Assembly (NCBI GenBank): GCA_043824255.1
Contig: JBDRTG010000010.1
Coordinates: forward strand, 1 to 37,833
Length of the DNA: 37,833 nucleotides
Source of the DNA: a bacterium
GTDB lineage: Bacteria > JAHJDO01
Reading direction: 5' to 3'
Below the pieces are notes generated by a model. It worked only from the letters and a program-made list of their open reading frames with translations, did no database searches and was not told the DNA's origin. Below, one piece after another: positions 9,817 through 18,568 of this stretch. Position 1 is the stretch's first letter. Each line of letters starts with the position of its first letter. Made by a program: the position numbers and the translations under genes.

Positions 9817-9938
9817 CTTATTAAAAAAAGTTTATAAGTACCTATAAATTTTGGTCGTATATTGGAAATGAGTTGGTATGTGAGGTTACTATGTAACAAA
9901 AGCCGCTTGTTTTTGCCAAAAAAAGAGTGCATATTCTA

Positions 9939-10039
9939 TGTAACACCAAAATAATGATGTCCTTTCTGCCATAATAACCTCATTTCAAAATAAGTATTAT
10001 AGCCCTCTTGAGACAGGACATTTCTAAATGTGCTTGACA
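9939..10039 (-). mobile_element. 101-bp MITE derived from an ISNCY/IS1202-like element, with 7-bp target site duplication
   Basis: TGT...ACA ends; TATTCTA duplicated at 9932-9938 and 10040-10046; the interior is homologous to 32-101; the empty site is visible at 152-158. Confidence 0.9.
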
Positions 10040-10046
10040 TATTCTA

Positions 10047-10075
10047 TTGACATTATAAGCACTTGGCGTTACCTT
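10047..10075 (+). promoter_or_regulatory. sigma70-type promoter for the sugar catabolic/uvrA operon
   Basis: TTGACA-17 nt-TACCTT, homologous to 159-187. Confidence 0.6.
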
Positions 10076-10153
10076 ATTTACTTAACTAGGTTTGTAAAAG
10101 AGACTTGGGAACTCATATATTGAGTCTGTTGAAAGAACAAAAGGAGTGTTTTG

Positions 10154-11305
10154 ATGAAGCAAGTTAGAATAGGCGTTGTAGGAGTAACTGGCAGAGGCAG
10201 ATTGTGGAGGCATTGGCACAATCCTGAAGGAAAATCAATAGTTGCCGGGGGAGCTGATATTTCAGAGGACGCATTACAAGAATTCAAGAATGAAATTAAA
10301 GAGAAAACCTTTACTACTTTAGATTACAAAGAGCTGCTTAAAAGAAGAGATATTGATGCAATAGCTATTACTTCTCCTGATTTTACACATGAGGAATATG
10401 CTATAGCTGCTCTTGAGGCAGGAAAACATGTATATCTCGAAAAACCGATGGCCATTACTACAGAAGGTTGTGATAATATCCTGAAAGCATGGAAACAATC
10501 AGGCAAAAGGTTAATGGTTGGGTTTAATATGCGTCATATGCGCATTTTTCAGACAATGAAAGACATCGCAGACACTGGTACTATTGGCGAGATAAAAGCA
10601 GTTTGGGTACGGCATTTCGTTGGTTACGGTGGAAGATGGTATTTTCGCACATGGATGTCTGAGAGGAAGAATGCAACCAGTCTTCTTCTGCAGAAAGCAG
10701 CTCATGATATTGATATGATTCATTGGATTGCTGGCTCTTATACCAGGAAAGTAGCTGCTTTTGGCAGTCTGGACTTCTACGGAGGGAATAAGCCCAATGA
10801 TTTAACATGCCCTGAATGTCCAGAAAAAGAGACATGCACGGAATTTAAATCAGGTAAACATAAATATATCAAATGTGCTTTTCGTAAAGCAGTTGATGTA
10901 GAGGATAACACTGTTATGATTATGGAATTGGAAAACGGGATAAAAGCATCGTATGAGCAGTGTCACTTTACTCCGGATTATTGGAGGAATTATACGTTTA
11001 TTGGCACTGAAGGCAGAATGGAAAATCTTGACGATAAAAGTAGAGTTATTGTAAAAACAAGGCGTTCAGGCAAATGGAAAGAATTTGCTGACAGAACTTA
11101 CGATATTAAACCTGTAGAAGGTGGACACGGTGGAGCCGATCCGGTTATATGCAAGGATTTTGTGGAAATGCTCCTTACGGGAAAAGACCCTGTTTCAACA
11201 CCTGAAGCTGGCAGAATGTCTGTCGCAACAGGATGCGCAGCAACAGAATCATTAAGAAATGGTGGAAGAGTAGTTAAAATATCCCCAATGCCTGCTCTGA
11301 GATAA
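10154..11305 (+). CDS. Gfo/Idh/MocA family oxidoreductase
   Basis: IGVVGVTGRG, AGKHVYLEKPMA, HDIDMI, DVED and GGHGGAD motifs. Confidence 0.9.
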   Translation: MKQVRIGVVGVTGRGRLWRHWHNPEGKSIVAGGADISEDALQEFKNEIKEKTFTTLDYKELLKRRDIDAIAITSPDFTHEEYAIAALEAGKHVYLEKPMAITTEGCDNILKAWKQSGKRLMVGFNMRHMRIFQTMKDIADTGTIGEIKAVWVRHFVGYGGRWYFRTWMSERKNATSLLLQKAAHDIDMIHWIAGSYTRKVAAFGSLDFYGGNKPNDLTCPECPEKETCTEFKSGKHKYIKCAFRKAVDVEDNTVMIMELENGIKASYEQCHFTPDYWRNYTFIGTEGRMENLDDKSRVIVKTRRSGKWKEFADRTYDIKPVEGGHGGADPVICKDFVEMLLTGKDPVSTPEAGRMSVATGCAATESLRNGGRVVKISPMPALR

Positions 11306-11315
11306 ATAAAAAGAA

Positions 11316-12224
11316 ATGGGAATGATTCGAAAACCTGACGAGCTAATTATTAATGCATGGAAGGCAAAGACAGTAATTCCCGCCTTTAACATACCATATT
11401 TACCGATGATGGAGCCTGTAATCAAAGTGCTCAGGGATACAGAATGCTTTGCTTTTATTGCAGTAGCTCGGCTTGAATGGGAAAAATTTGAAGCAGGAGG
11501 ACTTAAAGAGATTTTTAAAGAGTATCAGCGGATTAAAGATGAAAAATATACAAGACTGCATCTGGATCATATACCGGTAATTGACGAAGACGGACTTCAG
11601 GTTGAATATGAGTCTGTTATTAAGCAGGCACTTCAGATTGGTTATCAGTCTGTGATGGTCGACGGTTCGCGTCTCTCCCTTGCAGAAAACATCAAAGCAA
11701 CAAAAAAAGTTGTAGATATGGCTCATGCTCGGGGAATTCCTGTAGAAGGAGAGCTCGGAGCTGTTCTCGGTCACGAGCAGGGGACTCTTCCTCCGTACGA
11801 TGAATTATTCTCTTCAGGCAAAGGGTTTACTGATTCTAATGAAGCTGAACGATTTGTTAAAGAAACCAATGTGAACTGGTTGTCAGTTGCAGTAGGTAAT
11901 ATTCATGGCTCAATCTCTGGTGCAGCAAAAGATGTAAAAAAAATAGCAGCCAGAATAGATATCGAACACTTGAAAAAGATCAGAGAACAAGTTTCAATCC
12001 CTCTGGTTCTTCACGGTGGAAGCGGCATAAATAAGAGATATATTCTTGACGCTGTTAAAAACGGTATAGCGAAAATTAATATTGGCACTGCTATTCGTCA
12101 GGTATACGAAAACTTTTACCATAACTCAGTAGCTCTTGCGCAAGAAGCTGTGTATGAAAAAACTGTACAGATTATCAGAGAAGAATTGGAAATTGAAGGG
12201 TCAGTAAAAATTATTAACCCGTAA
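11316..12224 (+). CDS. Class II fructose/tagatose-bisphosphate aldolase family protein
   Basis: PAFN, LHLDH, SVMVDGS, VEGELG, VGNIHG, LVLHGGSG and KINIGT. Confidence 0.9.
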   Translation: MGMIRKPDELIINAWKAKTVIPAFNIPYLPMMEPVIKVLRDTECFAFIAVARLEWEKFEAGGLKEIFKEYQRIKDEKYTRLHLDHIPVIDEDGLQVEYESVIKQALQIGYQSVMVDGSRLSLAENIKATKKVVDMAHARGIPVEGELGAVLGHEQGTLPPYDELFSSGKGFTDSNEAERFVKETNVNWLSVAVGNIHGSISGAAKDVKKIAARIDIEHLKKIREQVSIPLVLHGGSGINKRYILDAVKNGIAKINIGTAIRQVYENFYHNSVALAQEAVYEKTVQIIREELEIEGSVKIINP

Positions 12225-12258
12225 TTATTATCTGCAATTTATCAAAGAAAGGAGAATT

Positions 12259-13665
12259 ATGAAGACAAAAAAATCTACATTTGCACTCTATTTTGGAAAT
12301 CGCGGCTTTTTCCCAGCAACACTGCTTAAAGGTGCACGTAGTGAGATGAGCGCAGTCCTGAACAAACTGGGACATAAGACTCTAATGCTTGATGCTAATG
12401 CCACGCGTAATGGAGCAGTCGAAACAGTAGAAGAAGGAAAAATATTTGCTGATTTTCTTCAAAAAAACAGGGGGTTGTTTAATGGTGTGATTTTGTGCCT
12501 TCCAAATTTTGGAGATGAAACAGGCGCAGTTACAGCTCTTAAAGATGCGGGAGTTCCTATATTAATCCATGCATATCCGGATGAACTGGATAAAATGAGA
12601 CCAGAGTTGCGAAGAGATGCATTTTGTGGAAAGTTCTCTATTATGGATATGTTTTGTCAGAACAACATATCTTTTACCGCACTTAAACCACATACCGTGC
12701 ATCCACAAGACAAGAAGTTTGCTGCAAATATCGATTTTTTTGACCGAATATGTAGAGTTGTGAATGGAATGAAAAAACTGGTTGTTGGAGCCATAGGCGC
12801 ACGAACAACAGCATTTAAAACAGTTCGTATTGATGAGCTGGCACTTCAAAAACATGGGATCAGTACGGAAACATTGGATCTGTCGGACATTTTTGCAAGA
12901 ATATCCTCATTTAAGAATACTGATAAAAAGATACAAGCAAAGGCAAAGAGACTGGAACGATACTGCTCATGGAAAGGAGTTCCTCAAAAAGCATTTCATA
13001 TCATTGTAAGACTTGGCGTTGCGCTTGATAGCGTTATTGAGGAATATGAGATGGATGCAGTAGCAGTCCGCTGTTGGCTTGAGATGCAGCAGCAGCTTGG
13101 CATTTCACCATGTGTTCTTCTAAGCGAAATGAACGATCGTGGCATGATTGCTGCCTGTGAAGTAGATGTGGGCAATGCAGTGACCATGTATGCCTTATCC
13201 CATGCATCAAGTGACGTCGCTGCATGCTTGGACTGGAACAATAATTATGCTGAGGAAGAGAATAAATGTGTCCTCTTTCACTGTGGTCCAGTCCCACAAA
13301 GCATGATGAGAGGCAAGGGGAAAATTACTGACCATGCAATCATAGCCAACGCTGTTGGCAAAGGACGTGCTTACGGCTGCAACACAGGCCGTATTGCGTC
13401 TGGTTCTATGACGTTCGGTAGTATGCTGACTGATGCAGGTAAACTGAAGTTCTATTTTGGACAGGGGCGTTTTACAGATGATCCTATACCAAACGATTTC
13501 TTTGGTTGTGCAGGCGTGGCAGAGATTGAGGGATTACAGAATGTGCTTCAAAAAATAGGATATATGGGACATCGTCATCATGTTAGTGTTACTCCTTCTC
13601 ATGTGCTTGAGCCAGTAAAAGAAGCCTTTGAAAAATACCTTAGCTATGAAGTAAGTGTAGTATAA
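12259..13665 (+). CDS. L-fucose/L-arabinose isomerase family protein
   Basis: NFGDE, RRDAFCG, RCW, ACEVD, FHCGP and RHHV motifs. Confidence 0.85.
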   Translation: MKTKKSTFALYFGNRGFFPATLLKGARSEMSAVLNKLGHKTLMLDANATRNGAVETVEEGKIFADFLQKNRGLFNGVILCLPNFGDETGAVTALKDAGVPILIHAYPDELDKMRPELRRDAFCGKFSIMDMFCQNNISFTALKPHTVHPQDKKFAANIDFFDRICRVVNGMKKLVVGAIGARTTAFKTVRIDELALQKHGISTETLDLSDIFARISSFKNTDKKIQAKAKRLERYCSWKGVPQKAFHIIVRLGVALDSVIEEYEMDAVAVRCWLEMQQQLGISPCVLLSEMNDRGMIAACEVDVGNAVTMYALSHASSDVAACLDWNNNYAEEENKCVLFHCGPVPQSMMRGKGKITDHAIIANAVGKGRAYGCNTGRIASGSMTFGSMLTDAGKLKFYFGQGRFTDDPIPNDFFGCAGVAEIEGLQNVLQKIGYMGHRHHVSVTPSHVLEPVKEAFEKYLSYEVSVV

Positions 13666-13713
13666 TCAGGATTGTACTTAAATATCGGGAATTGGCAGTG
13701 TAAACAGTTAGGC

Positions 13714-16389
13714 ATGAATAAAAAAAGAAAAATCGGTTTTGTTTTTTCCCACAGTCACTGGGATATTGAATGGTATATGCCTTACCGTTCTTTCAGGTTC
13801 TGGCTGGTAAATCTCTTTGACAGGCTGCTGAAAGATTGCGGACATAATAAACAGTTCAAGACTTATGTTCTGGATGGACAGGTCGCGCCTGTGGAGCATT
13901 ATCTGTCGGTTAAGCCTGAGATGAAGGAAGAAATATGCAAATTAATCAGCTCTGGGAAGCTTTCTATCGGTCCTTTTTATACCCAGTTTGATGAATGGCT
14001 GATAAGTCCTGAATCAATTATTCGTAATTGTCTCTATGGTAACCGCAAAGGTGGAAAATTTGGTAAAGTAATGAAGGCGGGTTATCTGCCGGATAATTTT
14101 GGTCATCCTAAACAGATGCCTCAGATTCTAAAAGGTTTTGGAATCAATAATTTTATTTTTTGGCGTGGAATGCCGGATAAACCTGCGGATTTTGGGAATG
14201 AATTCTACTGGACAGGATTGGACGGTACAAAAGTATTTTGTGTGTTTCTCTCTAACGGTTATGGAAATGCCAGTCGTCTGGGTGCCGAAGAAGATATTCC
14301 CCGAAGAACCTTGCGATCAGCCCCTTATGGAGAAATCTTTTTTGGCTATGAATGTCATCTGGAAAACACTGCTAATTGTGATGTGGAAAAAGGTGCAAAA
14401 AAATTGATAGAGGCTGCAACAGAAATTGCAGATGAATATCCATCAGGGATCATTCCTTTAGCCAATGGTTCAGATCATGCTCCTCCTCAAATACAAATTG
14501 GAGAGATCATTGCGTATGCTAATGAATTACAGCAAGAGATTCTTTTTATCCATGGGAATTGCCAGGATATGGTGGAGGCCGCACAAGAAAGAGAAGAAAA
14601 ATTCCCTATTTTCAAAGGAGACCTCTGTGGTGCCTGTTATGCAGATATTCTTACCGGCACGCTCAGCACTCGCTCCTATATTAAACAGGCAAATTTCACC
14701 TCAGAGAACCTGCTTGAAAAATATGCCGAACCACTTGCTTCTTTCAGCTCCATATATGGGAAAGAATATTCTGCAAGACTACTGGATGAAGCATGGCAAT
14801 TTATGTTGCTGAATCATGCTCATGACGGTATTCATGGAGCAAGTGTTGATTCGGTATATACTGAAAATCTACAGCGTTATGCCGCTGTTAAGCAAATTGC
14901 TGTTGGCATCTGTCATGATTCTCTGAAACATCTTGGCACCTTGCTGCCCTGTAATCAAAAAGATCTATCCATGATTCTTGTTTATAATCCGGTTGATACA
15001 GGAAAATTCACCAGTAGTATTGAGATTTTACTCAAACCAACAGATGGTGATATTCATATTGAAGATGAGGATGGTAACAGTTTACCAATGCAGGTTATTA
15101 ACGATTCTTTTAAGGGAGCAGAGGAAAGGCAGATACTCTTTGCCGCTTCTCTAAATCCCTTTAGCCTGAAACCATTTAGGATTGTTCGCGGGAAAAAGAG
15201 TTTTCCATCCAGATTTAAAAACAATGACACCATAATTGAGAATAAATTCTTAAAGGTGATCCATAACAAGGACACTCTCAATATCTATGACAAGACTACA
15301 GGAGCCTCTTACCATGGACTGAATATAATAGAAGATGAGGCAGATGCTGGCGACGGCTGGGATTTCTCTGAGCCATGGGAAAAAAATAAACATTACATGA
15401 GTAATAAGTTTTCTTTCAAGTCCTGTCTTATCGAAAACGGACCTGTGCGTTCTACTCTCCTTTTAGAAGGCAACATGCGCATTCCTCATCATTTGGATGG
15501 AGAAAAACGTTCCCGCAGGACAGTTGTTTTACCCATTAAAATGCATGTTTCCTTGAGCCGTCAGGCACGGCATGTTGAGGTAACTTTGGAAATCGACAAT
15601 CAGGCCAAAGATCATCGTTTGCGTCTAAAATGTCCCTCAGGAATAATTAGCAATACAATAAAAAGCCAGGGCCATTTCGGAATTATAGAGCGGCCTCTCC
15701 GGAATTCCTATCAGGGTAAAGATTGGTTTCAGCCTCCTCCTCAAACCTTCCATTTCCGTGACTGGGCAGCAGTGGATGATGGTAAAAAGGGACTGGCTAT
15801 TGCTTGTCGAGGGCTTTATGAATATGAATCGAAATTGGAAAAGGAAGGGGTCAGCCTGTATATCACTCTGCTTAGAGGAATCGGCTGGATGAGTAAAGAA
15901 AACATTAAACAGCGACCTCAGGCAGCTAGTTCTGCTCATCCAATCCCCGGGGCACAATGCCTGGGGATGCAGAAATTTGAATATGCTTTTGTTCCTTATT
16001 TTTGTGAGAAAAACAGCAAGGCGCCTTTTTTGAGTTCTGTAAATAATTTTCTATATCCTGCGATATCTCATCTATTAAGAGAAAAACCAGCACCAAAACC
16101 CTGTAAGATAATGCAATCACTTTTCCACCTGAAACCAGAAAACCTTGTTTTAAGCTGTTTCAAAAAGACAGAAGACGACAACAGTTATATTCTTCGTTTC
16201 TTTGAAAATGAAGGTAAAGAGACAGAAGCCATATTAAAGATTTCTGAAAAGTTTGAGAAGGTATATCAAACCAGTTTAAACGAAGAGATAATAAATGAGA
16301 TGAAATTAGAAAATAATAATCTTCACTTAAAGATTGCTCCCTATAAAATAATCACCTTAAAATTAGAATTAGGAGAACTGAAGCAATGA
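13714..16389 (+). CDS. GH38 alpha-mannosidase family protein
   Basis: HSHWDIEWY, LDGQ, YLPDNFGH, NGSDH and HDGIHG. Start set at ATG 13714. No signal peptide. Confidence 0.9.
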   Translation: MNKKRKIGFVFSHSHWDIEWYMPYRSFRFWLVNLFDRLLKDCGHNKQFKTYVLDGQVAPVEHYLSVKPEMKEEICKLISSGKLSIGPFYTQFDEWLISPESIIRNCLYGNRKGGKFGKVMKAGYLPDNFGHPKQMPQILKGFGINNFIFWRGMPDKPADFGNEFYWTGLDGTKVFCVFLSNGYGNASRLGAEEDIPRRTLRSAPYGEIFFGYECHLENTANCDVEKGAKKLIEAATEIADEYPSGIIPLANGSDHAPPQIQIGEIIAYANELQQEILFIHGNCQDMVEAAQEREEKFPIFKGDLCGACYADILTGTLSTRSYIKQANFTSENLLEKYAEPLASFSSIYGKEYSARLLDEAWQFMLLNHAHDGIHGASVDSVYTENLQRYAAVKQIAVGICHDSLKHLGTLLPCNQKDLSMILVYNPVDTGKFTSSIEILLKPTDGDIHIEDEDGNSLPMQVINDSFKGAEERQILFAASLNPFSLKPFRIVRGKKSFPSRFKNNDTIIENKFLKVIHNKDTLNIYDKTTGASYHGLNIIEDEADAGDGWDFSEPWEKNKHYMSNKFSFKSCLIENGPVRSTLLLEGNMRIPHHLDGEKRSRRTVVLPIKMHVSLSRQARHVEVTLEIDNQAKDHRLRLKCPSGIISNTIKSQGHFGIIERPLRNSYQGKDWFQPPPQTFHFRDWAAVDDGKKGLAIACRGLYEYESKLEKEGVSLYITLLRGIGWMSKENIKQRPQAASSAHPIPGAQCLGMQKFEYAFVPYFCEKNSKAPFLSSVNNFLYPAISHLLREKPAPKPCKIMQSLFHLKPENLVLSCFKKTEDDNSYILRFFENEGKETEAILKISEKFEKVYQTSLNEEIINEMKLENNNLHLKIAPYKIITLKLELGELKQ

Positions 16390-17072
16390 AAAGATCAGAG
16401 ATAAATAATCTCATGAAGCGGACACTCAATTTCCTTGAAGAACAGAATTTCAAGCTTCCACCTTTTGCCTTCTGGAGCCCTGAAGAATGGGGGAAAAAAG
16501 GTAAGGAAGTAGATGAAATTAAAATATGTATGTTGGGCTGGGACCTGACAGATTTTGGTTCTGGTGAGTTTCATAAGACTGGATTGATAATGTTTACCAT
16601 AAGAAATGGTCATAATACCAATCCCAGATATATGTTTAAGCCATACTGTGAGAAGATACTTATCAGTGAGGAGGATCAGGTCACTCCAATGCATTTTCAC
16701 TGGAATAAAGTAGAAGATATCATAAACAGAGGTGGGGGGAATTTGGTTATCCAACTGTATAATTCAACAAAAGACGAACTCCTTGCTGATACGTCTGTGA
16801 CTGTTTCAATAGATGGAGTGAAAAAAACAGTTGAGGCTGGAGCAAGAATAACTCTAGTTCCAGGAGAGAGCATCTGTCTTCCGGCAAAACTCTATCATAA
16901 GTTCTGGGGAGAGAAAGGCAAAGGAACAGTGCTTATTGGCGAGGTTTCTAAGGTTAACGATGATAATATAGATAACAGGTTCTATGAAAAGATAGGCCGT
17001 TTTCCAGAGATAGAAGAGGATGAAAAACCTCTTTATTTGCTTTTTTCAGAGTATCCAAAGTATATAGTATGA
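16386..17072 (+). CDS. D-lyxose/D-mannose isomerase (cupin, DUF1498 type)
   Basis: MKRSEIN, GWDLTDFG, PMHFHW.K.EDIINRGGG and GEVS.VNDD..DN.F. Confidence 0.9.
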   Translation: MKRSEINNLMKRTLNFLEEQNFKLPPFAFWSPEEWGKKGKEVDEIKICMLGWDLTDFGSGEFHKTGLIMFTIRNGHNTNPRYMFKPYCEKILISEEDQVTPMHFHWNKVEDIINRGGGNLVIQLYNSTKDELLADTSVTVSIDGVKKTVEAGARITLVPGESICLPAKLYHKFWGEKGKGTVLIGEVSKVNDDNIDNRFYEKIGRFPEIEEDEKPLYLLFSEYPKYIV

Positions 17073-18568
17073 GTTTGTTAGGAATAGATGTAGGCACAAC
17101 AGGCTGCAAGGCTGCAGCGTTCTCAGAGGACGGTATTTGTCTAGCAAGTACTTACAGAGAATATGAGATTCTGCATTCGCGCCCTGACTGGGCAGAACTT
17201 GACAGTCAGGAAGTATTAACTTTGGTCAAATCCTCTATCGCAGAAGTTGCTGCACAAACCGGCAAAGATCCTATCACTGCGTTGAGTGTGAGCTCCATGG
17301 GGGAGGCAATGACTCCTGTTACTAAAGACAGAAAGATTCTGAAAAATTGTATCCTTTCTTCGGATATTCGTGGAGGGGAGTATATAGAATCTTTATCAAA
17401 GGAAATTGATCAACAATCCTTTTATGAAATCAACCCAAATATTTTAGGGCTTAATTATTCCTTACCAAAACTTCTCTGGCTCCGTCAATATGACCCTGAA
17501 TGTTATGCAAAAACATATAAGTTTCTACTATGGGGTGACCTTATCACTTTTATGCTCGGAGGCAAGGCTGTTACAAGTTATTCCCTTGCAAATCGCACAC
17601 TATTTTTTGACATCCGAAAAGAAGACTGGTCCGATAAGCTTCTGACAATCAATAAGATTTCGCGCGAGAAACTTCCAAAACCTGTACCTAGTGGAACCAT
17701 TGCGGGTACGGTTAGTAACCGGATAGCTAAGGAACTCAATCTCGACAGTGGAGTAAAAATAGTAGTTGGCGGACACGATCAATGCTGTAATTCTCTGGGC
17801 GCAGGGATATATGAGGCAGGCACTGCAGTATGTGGTATAGGAACCTTCGAATGTATAACACCAACCTATAATCATATTCCGGATTCTTCCCTGATGATTA
17901 AGAATGGGCTCAATATTGAACATCATGTACTTCCCAATCTTTTTGTATCATTCATATACAACCAAGCAGGATCGTTGGTTCGGTGGTTTAGGGATACCTT
18001 TGCATCAGCGGATAAAAAAATTATCAAAGATGGAGACGATATTTATGAAAGACTTTCAAATGAGATGCCCGTTGAGCCGAGCAATTTGCTAGTTCTTCCT
18101 TACTTTGAAATGACCGGTCCACCAGATTTTGTCTCTGACGCATCCGGTGTTATTGTTGGGTTAAAAACAAGTACTACGAGAGGCGAAATTCTTAAAGCTA
18201 TCATGGAGTGTATTACTTTTTATTTTGCAGACAGCCTCAATGCTTTAGGGGAGATTGGTATTGACACTTCAGAATTTGTAGCAACAGGTGGAGGAGCAAA
18301 GTCGTCCCACTGGCTACAAATTAAGGCAGATATTTTCGGTATTCCCTTTGTGCGTCCATGTATTACAGAGGCAAGTATCCTTGGAGCTGCTATACTTGCA
18401 GGAATTTCAACAGGAGTTTTTAAAGATCCTGAAGAAGGTGTTAGATGTTTTGTTAAGCGAGATGCGATTTTTGAACCAAATTCTACACGACACAAAATTT
18501 ATCTCGAAAAACTTGAGAAATACAGAGAACTCTTTCCTCTTCTAAAAGATTTTCTTTTGTCTTCATGA
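17069..18568 (+). CDS. FGGY carbohydrate kinase (xylulokinase-like)
   Basis: [20 protein letters not shown] and [15 protein letters not shown]. Confidence 0.9.
   Translation: MSLLGIDVGTTGCKAAAFSEDGICLASTYREYEILHSRPDWAELDSQEVLTLVKSSIAEVAAQTGKDPITALSVSSMGEAMTPVTKDRKILKNCILSSDIRGGEYIESLSKEIDQQSFYEINPNILGLNYSLPKLLWLRQYDPECYAKTYKFLLWGDLITFMLGGKAVTSYSLANRTLFFDIRKEDWSDKLLTINKISREKLPKPVPSGTIAGTVSNRIAKELNLDSGVKIVVGGHDQCCNSLGAGIYEAGTAVCGIGTFECITPTYNHIPDSSLMIKNGLNIEHHVLPNLFVSFIYNQAGSLVRWFRDTFASADKKIIKDGDDIYERLSNEMPVEPSNLLVLPYFEMTGPPDFVSDASGVIVGLKTSTTRGEILKAIMECITFYFADSLNALGEIGIDTSEFVATGGGAKSSHWLQIKADIFGIPFVRPCITEASILGAAILAGISTGVFKDPEEGVRCFVKRDAIFEPNSTRHKIYLEKLEKYRELFPLLKDFLLSS

Larger units (their letters stand above)
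9920..10143 (+). repeat. Diverged second copy of the aminotransferase promoter, leader and first ~12 codons (homologous to 140-250), interrupted by a MITE
   Basis: AAAAAGAGTGCATATTCTA|TTGACATTATA..CTTGGC.TTA.CTTATTTACT is shared. 10107-10143 reads GNSYIESVERTK versus [12 protein letters not shown]. Confidence 0.9.

Noticed and set aside
9885..9897. Palindrome GTTAC-TAT-GTAAC as a possible LexA or operator site
   Set aside because: Only 5-bp arms, single occurrence, about 150 bp from the -35 box, and no match to a LexA box I can name.
10034..10062. MITE-supplied outward TTGACA forming a hybrid promoter
   Set aside because: The nearest -10-like hexamer (TATAAG) is only 14 nt away.
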